A stretch of 64,000 nucleotides of DNA from a plasmid: the sequence record NZ_CP023785.1; one strand, written 5' to 3'. The notes below the pieces were generated by a model that had not been told where the DNA came from, did no database searches, and saw only the letters and a list, made by a program, of their open reading frames with translations. Both the position numbers and the translations under genes were made by a program. Positions 49,327 to 59,545 of this stretch are shown here, one piece after another; positions within the stretch are counted from its first letter, which is position 1; each line of letters begins with the position of its first letter.

Positions 49327-49787
49327 TTAATTGTAATATTTTTAAGTACAAACCACCGGAAAATTTCTGTAGATACAAGTGCTACAATAATACCAACAAA
49401 AAGACCCGAGGTACCAAAGTATTTTGTTGGAAATCCTATAGAACCATCTGCATCCAATAAAGGTGTAAGTAAAACATATCCACTCAAAGATAATAATCCT
49501 GCTGATAATGAGTCTACACCATAAGTCTTTGCTAGATTGTGTCCCAAAGAGTAGGTAACAGCTAATCCAATAATACCAAATGTTGAATCTGATGCTTTGT
49601 TCAAAAAGGATTGTACTCCAATTTCAGATAACCATTTTGTAAATCCTTCTATCGGGAAATTTGCTAATAACATAAAAAAGGAACCAATAATGATTAATGG
49701 CATAACTGCAGCCATGCTGTCTCTTAAAGCTAGTAGATGTCTTTGATTACTAATTTTTGCAGCTATTTTTTGAACTTTGTCGATCAT
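49327..49787 (-). pseudogene. PTS lactose/cellobiose-family EIIC, N-terminal part
   Basis: MIDKVQKIAAKISNQRHLLALRDSMAAVMPLIIIGSFF... is the N-terminus of this EIIC family. It ends at ...FRWFVLKNITI and then reads into the IS. Confidence 0.75.
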
Positions 49788-49805
49788 CTTTCATTTCCTC
49801 CTTAA

Positions 49806-50292
49806 TTAACGATAATTAGATTTTCCTAACATAATAATTTGATGACGATATCCCCGAATTGCTTGACCCAAAGCAAAAATATTTTCTGGAAGACAAATAC
49901 CATTTAAAGAATCCCCTATGTGTTGAATATCAGCTCCACATGCTTTTGATGCTAATGCAATTTTTTTAATAGTTTCTTGGTCAGAAGAGTCTTGGCTTGT
50001 TCCATTAGCCGTTAGTACTAGAACTTTTTCCTCAATAGATTTATTTCTATTAAAATCTTTTATATAATCAACGATTCCTCGCAAATCACTTTCCATGAAA
50101 TACGGAACAGTGTATGGAGCAGGAACTAATAAAATATCTACACCTGTTTTAATAAATCTTTTTGCTATATCTAAGTTCATAATTGGTTCATCAACACCAG
50201 CACCATGCATTTTTCCAGCGATAATTAATCCATTAAAAATTGATTTGGATAATGTTATTGCTTTCTCAATAGTTCTATTAGATACTCCTGTG
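49806..50292 (-). pseudogene. C-terminal part of a ~310-aa sugar-metabolism gene (family uncertain; possibly BtpA/SgcQ-like TIM barrel) split by IS256-family copy B
   Basis: The ORF reads from the IS left end into the gene and pairs with the N-terminal part at 51617..52065. I could not confidently assign a family. Confidence 0.45.
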
Positions 50293-51616
50293 AGAGTGTA
50301 AAATATTTTGTGTAAATAGAAAAAAGGAAGTCCCTTCTGTAGAATAGAGTTACCACAACACATTCACAGAAAAGAGGACTTCCATATGAACGATTTTACT
50401 ACAGAAATTCTAAAGACTCTAGCGAACAAAGGCGATTTGAATGAATTATTCCGTGTCCATTTGGAAAAAGCTGTCAATACGCTTCTCAAAACGGAGTTAA
50501 CGGCTTTCCTCGATTACGAAAAGTACGATCGCATTGGTTTTAACACGGGTAATTCTCGTAACGGCTCCTATGACCGTACGGTCAAGACCGAGTACGGGGA
50601 ACTTCATCTCCAGATTCCGCGCGACCGCAACGGCGAGTTCAAGCAACAGACTGTTCCTGCTTATAGACGGACGAATGATACCTTAGAGGAGACCGTCATT
50701 CACCTCTTCCGAAAAGGTATTACCATGTCGGAAATCGCAGACTTGATTGAGAAAATGTATGGGCATCACTACACGCCCCAAACCATGTCCAACATGACTA
50801 AAGTGCTGACTGAAGAAGTAAATGCATTTAAAGTTAGAACTCTAAATGATAAGTATGTCGCTATTTTCATGGATGCTACTTATATTCCTTTAAAACGGCA
50901 AACCGTCTCCAAAGAAGCAATCTATATTGCCATTGGTATACGAGAAGACGGCACTAAAGAAGTACTAAGTTATGCGATTGCCCCGACTGAATCGACCTAC
51001 GTTTGGAATGAGTTGTTACAGGACATTTACTCCAGAGGGGTTCATGATGTCTTACTGTTTATTACCGATGGCTTAAAAGGCATGAAAGATACGATTCACC
51101 AGATTTATCCTAAAGCTAAATACCAACATTGCTGTGTTCACGTTTCCCGTAATATTGCTCATAAAGTACGTGTCAAAGATCGAAAAGAAATCTGTGATGA
51201 TTTTAAGGCTGTTTATCAAGCTAGCTCAAAGGAAGAGGCAAATACCTTTTTAGGGAGTATGATTGAGAAGTGGCAGAAAACTTATCCTAAAGTGACGCAG
51301 TCACTGATAAAAAATCAAGATTTATTGACTTTTTATGAGTTTCCGCCTGGTATCCGCCGAAGCATTTACTCAACTAATTTAATCGAATCTTTCAATAAAC
51401 AAATCAAGAAATACAGCCGCAGAAAAGAGCAGTTTCAAAATGAAGAATCACTAGAGCGTTTCCTAGTATCCATCTTTGATACATACAATCAAAAATTCTT
51501 AAATAGAAGCCATAAAGGCTTCCAACAAGTGACGGATACATTAGCTTCAATGTTTACTGAGTAACCCATTATTTTGCAGAAGGACGAGTTATTTACACAA
51601 AATTATTGACGCTCCC
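50293..51616 (+). mobile_element. IS256-family insertion sequence, copy B (~90% identical variant) with 8-bp target site duplication ACTCCTGT
   Basis: The IRL GAGAGTGTAAAATATTTTGTGTAAAT, the right end ...TATTGACGCTCCC, and the 8-bp TSD were read on both flanks. The transposase is at 50386..51564. Confidence 0.85.
50386..51564 (+). CDS. IS256-family transposase (392 aa, variant)
   Basis: About 90% aa identity to copies A and C. Confidence 0.9.
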   Translation: MNDFTTEILKTLANKGDLNELFRVHLEKAVNTLLKTELTAFLDYEKYDRIGFNTGNSRNGSYDRTVKTEYGELHLQIPRDRNGEFKQQTVPAYRRTNDTLEETVIHLFRKGITMSEIADLIEKMYGHHYTPQTMSNMTKVLTEEVNAFKVRTLNDKYVAIFMDATYIPLKRQTVSKEAIYIAIGIREDGTKEVLSYAIAPTESTYVWNELLQDIYSRGVHDVLLFITDGLKGMKDTIHQIYPKAKYQHCCVHVSRNIAHKVRVKDRKEICDDFKAVYQASSKEEANTFLGSMIEKWQKTYPKVTQSLIKNQDLLTFYEFPPGIRRSIYSTNLIESFNKQIKKYSRRKEQFQNEESLERFLVSIFDTYNQKFLNRSHKGFQQVTDTLASMFTE

Positions 51617-52065
51617 ACTCCTGTTCCTGGATTTCCAGTTAAACAAATAAAATTAAAGCCTAATTCATTTGCCTTTTTTAAAGTCTCAGGAGAAACGATT
51701 CTACCACTTGAAATTTCAGTTCGATTTTCACTCATCAAAACTTCTTTGTCTACAGGTTCTAAATTTACACCAATAGCTCTTCCTAAAGCTTTTTTAATCC
51801 AGATTATTGGATTCTCTTTTAGAGTTAAAGGTACACCTGAAATTTGAGGATTAAAAAGATCTAGTGCATTAAACAAAATTAAATCAGCTCCAGCAGCTCT
51901 CTCCAATTCTGCATTTGTCACTGATTTTCCCATGTAAGGACAGCTACTTGGCACATTTTCTGCCATAATTGTTCTACCTTCAGAAGCCAAAATTGCCTGC
52001 TTTAATTCCATCGGCTTAGCTTTCAAAAAATCTGAAGCTGAATAATCTAACAATCTTTTATTCAT
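51617..52065 (-). pseudogene. N-terminal part of the gene split by IS256 copy B
   Basis: MNKRLLDYSASDFLKAKPMELKQAILASEGRTIMAEN... is followed by IS-derived tail codons. Confidence 0.45.
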
Positions 52066-52143
52066 ATAAAATATCCTCCCAGTTTCAATAATGATAAATT
52101 ATAATCACACATATCTCTTATCACTACTAATATATTAGAAACA

Positions 52144-53139
52144 TTAACAAGTGCTTTCACTTACTTTCTCATACCATGGGATGGCAGTTTCTCTTATCAC
52201 TTCATTCAATTGACGAATGTTTTGTGTCCCTTGTTCTGTCAGCCATTCTAAAGTTGCCGCTTCTCCTTTTTCAACGAAAGGAGCGACTGCATCTTTCCAA
52301 GTTGCTCTGCCACAGAGTACACCGTTGAATCGTGCCCCAGCATGTTTGGCAAAACGCAATGTCTCCATGAATAATGCCGCTGATACCCCAGCACTTAAGA
52401 AGATATACGGCAAATCTGTTGCATCGCTTTGTTCTTTAAAATAAGCGGCAGCTTCTTGACGTGTATAGGCGATCTCCCCTGTTGCATTTCCTTCAACAAA
52501 TGACATGTTTACTGGTACTTCAACCTTTAAGACATCTACTTTATACTGGGTTTTCGAGAATTCTTTCATCATTTCGATCACTTTGCGCGGTTTTGCTTTG
52601 GCATAGGAAAGCGATTTCGTATCTACATTTTTAGCATCATATGACAATAACTCTAAATAAAATGGCAGTCCTTCAGCCATGCATTCGCTTCCAATTCGTT
52701 CAACAAAAACTTGCTTTTGCCGATTGATTTCCTCTGCTTCTTCATAATCGTAATACAGTAAAAATTTCACCGCATCCGCACCTAACTCTTTCAATCGCAG
52801 AACTGAACAGTCCGACAGCAGATCCGGCAAGCGGCCGGGTACGGTTTGATCATAACCAGTTTTTTCATATGCCAACAGCAGACCGCTCGCTGCTGCACGC
52901 TTCTGTGCAGCAGGCAGTCCGTATTCAGGATCCAATAAAATTGCTGAGGCATAAGGAGTCAATTCTTGGGAAATTAGTGTTTTAAACTGCTCAATTTTTT
53001 CCTTTGTCGCTTCCATCCCTAAAGCCGACATCATTTTCTTCAGCGCGCCTCGCTGATCGATCGCCAAAGCGGTAATAATGCCTTCTGGCGTCGATAGACG
53101 TTCCATTGCTTGTCTTTTATTTTCCGACCATTCTAACAT
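52144..53139 (-). CDS. lacD: tagatose-1,6-bisphosphate aldolase (LacD family)
   Basis: 331 aa. [23 protein letters not shown], ...LELLSYD... and the overall pattern fit a LacD class I aldolase. Confidence 0.75.
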   Translation of the reverse strand: MLEWSENKRQAMERLSTPEGIITALAIDQRGALKKMMSALGMEATKEKIEQFKTLISQELTPYASAILLDPEYGLPAAQKRAAASGLLLAYEKTGYDQTVPGRLPDLLSDCSVLRLKELGADAVKFLLYYDYEEAEEINRQKQVFVERIGSECMAEGLPFYLELLSYDAKNVDTKSLSYAKAKPRKVIEMMKEFSKTQYKVDVLKVEVPVNMSFVEGNATGEIAYTRQEAAAYFKEQSDATDLPYIFLSAGVSAALFMETLRFAKHAGARFNGVLCGRATWKDAVAPFVEKGEAATLEWLTEQGTQNIRQLNEVIRETAIPWYEKVSESTC

Positions 53140-53154
53140 GCTTCACACTCTTTC

Positions 53155-54324
53155 CTATTTTTCATATGGATAAATCGTTACGCCTTTGACCACACGATTG
53201 ACTGTTCCACTTGGCGATGGTGTATCTGGTGTATTACCAACCTTCACCGAACAAAGTAATGCGATCGTTTGGGCTACCATGATATCTGCTAAAGCAAGAT
53301 AGCCATCCGGCAGTAACGAATCTGCAACTAATTCAAAGGAATCACCACTAAACAATGAACCCTTTTGACCAATTCCAACAACGCGTTGGGCAATACCGTC
53401 ATTTTTGATTTCTTCCAGCATGTCTACATCGTATTTCTGCGTATATGAGTCATTGCTGACAAACAGGAAAACCAATGTTTGCTCATTGACAAAAGATTTG
53501 GGACCATGTCTGAATCCTAAAGATGTATCAAATACGGTTGCGATTTTTCCAGCAGTTAACTCGAGAACTTTTAATTGCGCTTCTCTAGTCAATCCGCCTA
53601 AGCTTCCCGAACCTAAGTAAATGATGCGATGAAAGTCTGATGCCAGATACCCTTGGATCTCTGATTCTCGTTGGATGACTTCTTCTCCTAGTCGGCTTAA
53701 TTGATGAACATATCTTTCTTTTTGCTGATTGCTTGCTTGATCAAAAATAAGTAGCGCAGTCAGCGTCATACAGCTGAAACTGCTTGTCATAGCAAAACCA
53801 GCGTCATTGGCTTTGTTTGGCATTAGTAAAACTAGATTTTCTTTTTTTGTAGGCATTTGTGTAGCCAATAATCCGTCTGGTGCACAGGTGATCACGATAT
53901 GATAGATCTTGTTGACCAGCTGATTGGCCATCTTAACTGCGGCTAGACTTTCTGGACTATTTCCACTACGGGCAAATGAGACCAAGATCGTTGTCTCATC
54001 AGGAATCAGGTATTCTTTTGGCGTAGCAACGATATCGGTCGAACCAATACTTTGAAAAATAAACTGGTTCGTATTTCCTTGACTAGTAAGAAACGGAATT
54101 AGTGTATCTCCCACATATTGCGAGGTTCCGGCCCCTGTAAAAATGACTCGGATTGGTCGCTCTCCAGCATGTTGTTTCGCATCCGTAAACAAACGATCTA
54201 AATCTGCAACTGTTTCTTGATAACGGTCAAACGTCTCATGCCACAGTTCCGGTTGCTGTCGAATTTCTCGGGTAGTATTTTCTGCTCCTAGCTTTCGTAG
54301 TTCTTCTTTTGAGAACATAAACAT
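53155..54324 (-). CDS. SIS-domain sugar isomerase/deaminase (AgaS/GlmS-C-like, two SIS domains)
   Basis: 389 aa. A first SIS domain (VIFTGAGTSQYVG) is followed by a second one. Confidence 0.75.
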   Translation of the reverse strand: MFMFSKEELRKLGAENTTREIRQQPELWHETFDRYQETVADLDRLFTDAKQHAGERPIRVIFTGAGTSQYVGDTLIPFLTSQGNTNQFIFQSIGSTDIVATPKEYLIPDETTILVSFARSGNSPESLAAVKMANQLVNKIYHIVITCAPDGLLATQMPTKKENLVLLMPNKANDAGFAMTSSFSCMTLTALLIFDQASNQQKERYVHQLSRLGEEVIQRESEIQGYLASDFHRIIYLGSGSLGGLTREAQLKVLELTAGKIATVFDTSLGFRHGPKSFVNEQTLVFLFVSNDSYTQKYDVDMLEEIKNDGIAQRVVGIGQKGSLFSGDSFELVADSLLPDGYLALADIMVAQTIALLCSVKVGNTPDTPSPSGTVNRVVKGVTIYPYEK

Positions 54325-54339
54325 TTTCTTTCCTCCAAT

Positions 54340-55074
54340 TCAGTTAGTGGAACGCAGATGCCTGATCTTATAATGAAATTTATCAGCCCGCGCTACACTT
54401 AATGTAAATTCAATCACTTCGTTCTCGAGATTATAGGTTGAGCGAACTAAATGGAGCACTGGTGATCCTTCTGGAATATTTAGCAACTCACTATCTTCTT
54501 TCTGGACAATGCTGGCATAAAATTCCTCGTCAGCCAACCGTACGATTTGATTGAAATTCTCTGAAAACAAATTATATAAAGGTTTCAGAAATAGAATTTC
54601 TTGAGAAAGGGACATAAATAGCTTCACTGGCAAATAGGATTTCTCGATCATCATTGGCAAATCATCAGCTAAGCGCAATCGGTCTAATTGAAATAAAGGC
54701 TCACCTAGTTGAACATTCAGATGACTCGCTAAATATTTAGTTGCTTCAATCTTCTTGAAGGCCAATATCTTGGTTTCAGGATGTTTGCCCATTGCCCGCA
54801 TTTGTTCGGTAAAACTATATGCGCCAGCTAGATCAGTCGCATTTGTCCTTAATTCCGAAACAAAGGTTCCTTTTCCATGTTGTCGATAAATGTAGCCCAT
54901 TTTTTCCAGTTCTTGCAATGCTAGTCGCACCGTCGTGCGACTAACGCCATAAAAACTGGTCAACTCTCTTTCTGATGGCAGCTTGTCATGAGCGACCATA
55001 CTGTTTTCGATTCGTTGTTTCAATATTTCTACCAGCTGATAATAAAGTGATTTTGATTGAAAGGTATTTTGCAT
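54340..55074 (-). CDS. GntR/HutC-family transcriptional regulator
   Basis: An N-terminal wHTH (LPSERELTSFYGVSRTTVRLALQEL) is followed by a UTRA effector domain. Confidence 0.8.
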   Translation of the reverse strand: MQNTFQSKSLYYQLVEILKQRIENSMVAHDKLPSERELTSFYGVSRTTVRLALQELEKMGYIYRQHGKGTFVSELRTNATDLAGAYSFTEQMRAMGKHPETKILAFKKIEATKYLASHLNVQLGEPLFQLDRLRLADDLPMMIEKSYLPVKLFMSLSQEILFLKPLYNLFSENFNQIVRLADEEFYASIVQKEDSELLNIPEGSPVLHLVRSTYNLENEVIEFTLSVARADKFHYKIRHLRSTN

Positions 55075-55844
55075 CGATGTCTCTCCTAACTGGCTATAAC
55101 CACAATGTAAGTATAGTAGTGGTATTTTTTATGAGTCAATACTAAGAACAATCTTTTTTTTATTTTCATTTTTAGTCTTGTTAATATGATTGACATCACT
55201 GACTTTAATAGGAATAAAAGGAAATGAAAAATAATTTTCCAACTTTTTTCATTCAAGAACACCCTCTATTTTTTTCTTTTTCTCTCTTCAACTGGTATCT
55301 TTTTTTAGCTCCTACCCTTCATCAATCAACAATTTGCCTCAAACTATCAAATGACTACTTACCAGTGAATTGAACGATTTTCGGAAGACGGAGGAAAAGT
55401 GCAACGCATTTGCTTTGGTTTCAAATCATTTATGAACATGAAAATTAAAGTTGAAACGTATTCAAAAGGGAGTCTATGAGAATAAATTCCTCTAATACTA
55501 GCTCGTGTATCAAGTTGCTGGCTTTGTCCTTTCGTTCTCTCTTAAGAGGAATTTATGTTGTTTCTTATCCCTTTTAAAGGTCTCTGTATTCTCCAGTTTA
55601 TCTGAATTCGTATCATAATTTTTCTTATTCTTGAATAACTTTTTTTATTATCACTTCGTTTAGTCAACCGTGCTTATATAATATCCTTCTACCTCGAAAT
55701 AGCATTTTTCAAACTTTGGAATGGCAACAGTTTTTTTGACAAATTTTATAAGGTGCAGAACTTCTTTCCGTATGCTATTCCGATTGTCCTTGACAATGAG
55801 CCTCCTCGGATGTGACGATCTTCGGCAGGAGCTAACAGTTAAAG

Positions 55845-56681
55845 TTAGACTGCCTCGCTAGCGTTAGCACATCCGAGCTCATTATCAAGGATTCGCTGCG
55901 CCAATTTCTGGTTACGGTAACCAACCGGTGTCTCGTAGCCAAGTGTACCGTGCAACCGAAGGTGGTTCCACCAATTGACATAGTCAAATAACTCCAAATC
56001 CAATTGTTGTAAGGTTTCAAATGTGTATTGATAGACAAATTCTACTTTCAACGACTTATAAGTTGATTCAGCTACGGCATTATCAAAAGGACAGCCTTTA
56101 TGACTCAATGATCGATTGATGTCAAAAGTTGTTAATAATTCATCAATAGCTTGGTTATCAAACTCTTTTCCACGATCAGTATGAAAAATCTCAACCTCTG
56201 TCAGAGGTTGTTTGATACGGCTAAATGCTTTTTTTACTAGAACGGCATCTTTATGTTCTCCACAAGAATAGCCGAGAATTTCTCGATTGAACAGATCCAA
56301 AATGAAACAGACATAATTCCATTTTTTCCCGACTCGTACATAAGTCAAGTCTGTTACGATCGCTTCTAATGGGTTGTCTCTTAAGAATTTACGATTCAAT
56401 ACGTTTGTCGTTTTGGCTTCATTGCAAGTAGAATGATGTACTTTAAAATAAGCAACAGTATAGCTCGATTTTAATCCTCTATTTTTCATGATTCTACTAA
56501 TTTTTCGTCGGCTGATCTGAATGCCTCGTTTTGATAAGGCTTTTTTTATTTTTCTTGAGCCGTAGGCCTTTCGGCTGCGGATAAATTCTTCAGCGACTAC
56601 TTCTTCAAGTTCTGATTCGTCTTTCTTTGGTTTTGATTGATAATAATAGGACTGACGTGATAGACCTAATATTCTGCACAT
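55845..56681 (-). CDS. IS3-family transposase OrfB
   Basis: It differs from 39702..40538 by two residues. Confidence 0.9.
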   Translation of the reverse strand: MCRILGLSRQSYYYQSKPKKDESELEEVVAEEFIRSRKAYGSRKIKKALSKRGIQISRRKISRIMKNRGLKSSYTVAYFKVHHSTCNEAKTTNVLNRKFLRDNPLEAIVTDLTYVRVGKKWNYVCFILDLFNREILGYSCGEHKDAVLVKKAFSRIKQPLTEVEIFHTDRGKEFDNQAIDELLTTFDINRSLSHKGCPFDNAVAESTYKSLKVEFVYQYTFETLQQLDLELFDYVNWWNHLRLHGTLGYETPVGYRNQKLAQRILDNELGCANASEAV

Positions 56682-56716
56682 CGCTGATATAGGGTAAAGA
56701 TGCTTATTCGCATCGA

Positions 56717-57046
56717 TTACTTGTCTCTTCGTCCGAATATCAGCGCTGCTTGCTTTAAAATATCATTTTCCATTTCTAATTGCTGGTTTCTTTTACGTAG
56801 TTCTAACAATTCTTTTTGTTCAGGCGTAAGATTATCTTTTTCTTTGAATGAACCACTCGTTTTAGATTGCTTTACCCATTTGTCAAATGCTGAAGCCGTT
56901 AGTTCATATTCTCGAATGATTTCTACACGTGGCTTTCCAGCTAAGTAAAGATTGACGATTTGTTGCTTGAATTCTTGTGAAAAAGTTCTTCGTGTTCTCT
57001 TAGACATAAAAATTCCTCCTGGTATGTTTTCTTCTAGTCTACACAC
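56717..57046 (-). CDS. IS3-family transposase OrfA
   Basis: Identical to 40574..40903. Confidence 0.9.
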   Translation of the reverse strand: MCRLEENIPGGIFMSKRTRRTFSQEFKQQIVNLYLAGKPRVEIIREYELTASAFDKWVKQSKTSGSFKEKDNLTPEQKELLELRKRNQQLEMENDILKQAALIFGRRDK

Positions 57047-57575
57047 CTTAATTTTTCTGTCTAGTTAATTGTAGCCTATCCACTTATATTATAAATTCAC
57101 ATGATTATCGAATTTTATTAAGTTAGTTTTTCTTGTAAATCTCTGTTCCCAATGAAACTCGAGACACTTATTTTAAAGAGGAAACAATGTGGTATTTAAA
57201 TAGCCCTCTTGTATGGGCTACTCTGTGATACTTATTAGCCATTAAACTATTTTACCCACATAGCATATATTTTGAAATCGTTCATTCCGTAAATTCAACT
57301 AAATATGCCTAAAAAAATAAAAAATCTAAGATAGAATAAGATTTATTCAGTCTTAGATGGATTTATAGCAACTTTTTCGTAACAACTTTAAAAAATACGA
57401 AAAGAAAGAGCTGTTTTACTCTGACTACGTTGCTAAATTGTCGTTTAATCATTCATTTAAACCAAATCTTTTTTTATAGAATTCGTTTTAATCCTCCTGA
57501 ATCCAAAAACTATGAAAACCGTAATTAAATAGTTAAGAGTTTTTAACCACCATAATTCTCTCGGCTATTTTGAAA

Positions 57576-58868
57576 TCAGATAAATTTTGATCGGACACAT
57601 AGTTGAATAAACCTACCGTTGTTACGGAAGGTAAATCGCATACTTTTCATTCTAGAGGAGAAGGTCTCGTTGATCATTAACTGATTAAGCACCATAGCCC
57701 AGTTTTGAATTCGACCACCTGACCACTTCGCGTGTAATTCTTTCGTGCGTAAATAAAGTAGTTTTAGGAGTGCATTCTCATTAGAGAACGCTCCTTTTTT
57801 TGTGACTTTTCTGAAGCTGGAGTGGACACTTTCAACCGCATTGGTAGTGTACATAATTTTTCGAATGGCACTACCATAATCAAATAGTTGTTCAACATGT
57901 GCAAAGTTCCGTTTCCAGACATCTACAGCACCAGAATAATGAGACCACCGATTTTGAAAACTGTCAAAAGCAGCATGTGCAGCGTTTAGAGAAGAAGCAC
58001 CGTAGAACTTTTTCATATCTCGGCAGACTTCCTTATAGTCCTTACTTGGAATATAGCGCAATGCATTTCGAACAAGATGAACAATACAGCGCTGAACAAT
58101 TACCGATGGAAAGATCGCTTTTGCGCCTTCTTCGAGGCCAGAAACACCGTCCATCGAAATGAAAAAGACATCTTCGACACCACGTGCTTTCAGTTCATCA
58201 AATACTTGCATCCAGCGATTTTTAGATTCTGTTTGATTTAACCATAATCCTAAAATCTCCTTATTTCCTTTGAGATCATAGCCAAGAATGGTGTATACAG
58301 CATATTCTTTGGCTTCATAATTTTCTCGTAAAGTAACATACATACAATCAACGAATAGAAAGGCATAACACTTTGCTAGGGGGCGGGCTTGCCATTCTTC
58401 CAATTCAGGAAGGACAGCGTCAGTGATATCTGAAATCATTTCATGGGAAATATCAAAGCCATAAATAGCTTCGACGGTTGCGGCAATATCTCGTTGACTC
58501 ATTCCTCGTGCATACATGGAAAGAACCTTCCCTTCGATGTCGGAGACATCTCGTTTTCTCTTAGGAATTAACTCTGGTTCAAAGGAAGCTTCCCGGTCTC
58601 TAGGAACATCAATAGCTACTTCACCAAAACTGGTTTTAAGCGTTTTAGTTCCATAGCCATTTCGACGGTTATCGTGTTCCTTAGGCTCTTTAGAATGGGC
58701 ATCATAACCTAAATGATTATTCAATTCTCCTTGAAGCATTTTTTCAAAAAGGGGCCCAAACACATCTTTCAAAGCATCTTGCATGTCATCGACAGATTCA
58801 GGTTGATAGGCATTCAGAATGGATTCAGCTAACTTTTCGGCATCAGGATTTCTTTTCTTTCTAGCCAT
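57576..58868 (-). CDS. IS256-family transposase, second distinct family member (~430 aa from MARKKRNPDAEK...)
   Basis: DDE Mutator-type motifs are present. It is unrelated at nucleotide level to the other IS256-family copies. Element ends were not confidently resolved (approx. 57540..58967). Confidence 0.8.
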   Translation of the reverse strand: MARKKRNPDAEKLAESILNAYQPESVDDMQDALKDVFGPLFEKMLQGELNNHLGYDAHSKEPKEHDNRRNGYGTKTLKTSFGEVAIDVPRDREASFEPELIPKRKRDVSDIEGKVLSMYARGMSQRDIAATVEAIYGFDISHEMISDITDAVLPELEEWQARPLAKCYAFLFVDCMYVTLRENYEAKEYAVYTILGYDLKGNKEILGLWLNQTESKNRWMQVFDELKARGVEDVFFISMDGVSGLEEGAKAIFPSVIVQRCIVHLVRNALRYIPSKDYKEVCRDMKKFYGASSLNAAHAAFDSFQNRWSHYSGAVDVWKRNFAHVEQLFDYGSAIRKIMYTTNAVESVHSSFRKVTKKGAFSNENALLKLLYLRTKELHAKWSGGRIQNWAMVLNQLMINETFSSRMKSMRFTFRNNGRFIQLCVRSKFI

Positions 58869-59141
58869 CGTGTAATCACCTCTTGATCTTATTGTAGAAA
58901 AAGAAAAACCGCGAAGCAACCACCTGCCTAGGATTAATGGTTACTTACACGGTTTATATTACACTCTCATCATTAAAAAAGTATCTTTCGATATTACTAA
59001 ACAATGAAATTATCTATTTGAAATTTAAATCTGATAATATATTGAGTGTTCCAATGAGGGCTTTGATCCTATTATCCATATCTTTTTCAGTTTTAATATT
59101 GATACACATTATAAGAAAAAGAAACTTTTGGTTAATTTATT

Positions 59142-59402
59142 TCATCCCAGTGCAAAATATAAAAAAGTAAAATAGACCATAGGCAATAGATTAACAATTA
59201 ATATAATACAAGCAAATATTCTATTCATTGTATTTCTGCTTTCAAAAAGTTCTAATATTGAAAGTATAATTCCACAAATGCCTATAATAAGTATGGGAAT
59301 AAGATTAGAAAATAACACCCCGAGCCAATCTGTGAAAATTACTATATTTACTAATATCCCTATTAACATACCTATCATATTTATTAAATCAATTTTTTTC
59401 AT
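59142..59402 (-). CDS. small hydrophobic membrane protein (86 aa), AT-rich
   Basis: Track ORF with three predicted TM helices and no homolog recognised. Confidence 0.3.
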   Translation of the reverse strand: MKKIDLINMIGMLIGILVNIVIFTDWLGVLFSNLIPILIIGICGIILSILELFESRNTMNRIFACIILIVNLLPMVYFTFLYFALG

Positions 59403-59545
59403 TAGATATTTCTCCTTTATTAAATCTGAAGTACTTATATTAAAATAATTCTAAACTATTTACCTCAAAAAGTGCAATAAATTATTTCTGAACAATAAAA
59501 TGATAGTCAAAACAAAAAAATATTGTTAATCGTTCAGAGCCATCC

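Larger units (their letters stand above)
55717..57082 (-). mobile_element. IS3-family insertion sequence, copy 2 (near-identical to copy 1; direct orientation, 14.8 kb apart)
   Basis: It has the same ends as copy 1. OrfB is at 55845..56681, OrfA at 56717..57046. There is no TSD. Confidence 0.85.

Noticed and set aside
57540-58967. Exact boundaries/IRs of the second IS256-family member
   Set aside because: Both putative ends terminate in ...CTCTC on the same strand and I could not identify convincing inverted repeats by eye. Only the transposase gene is reported.
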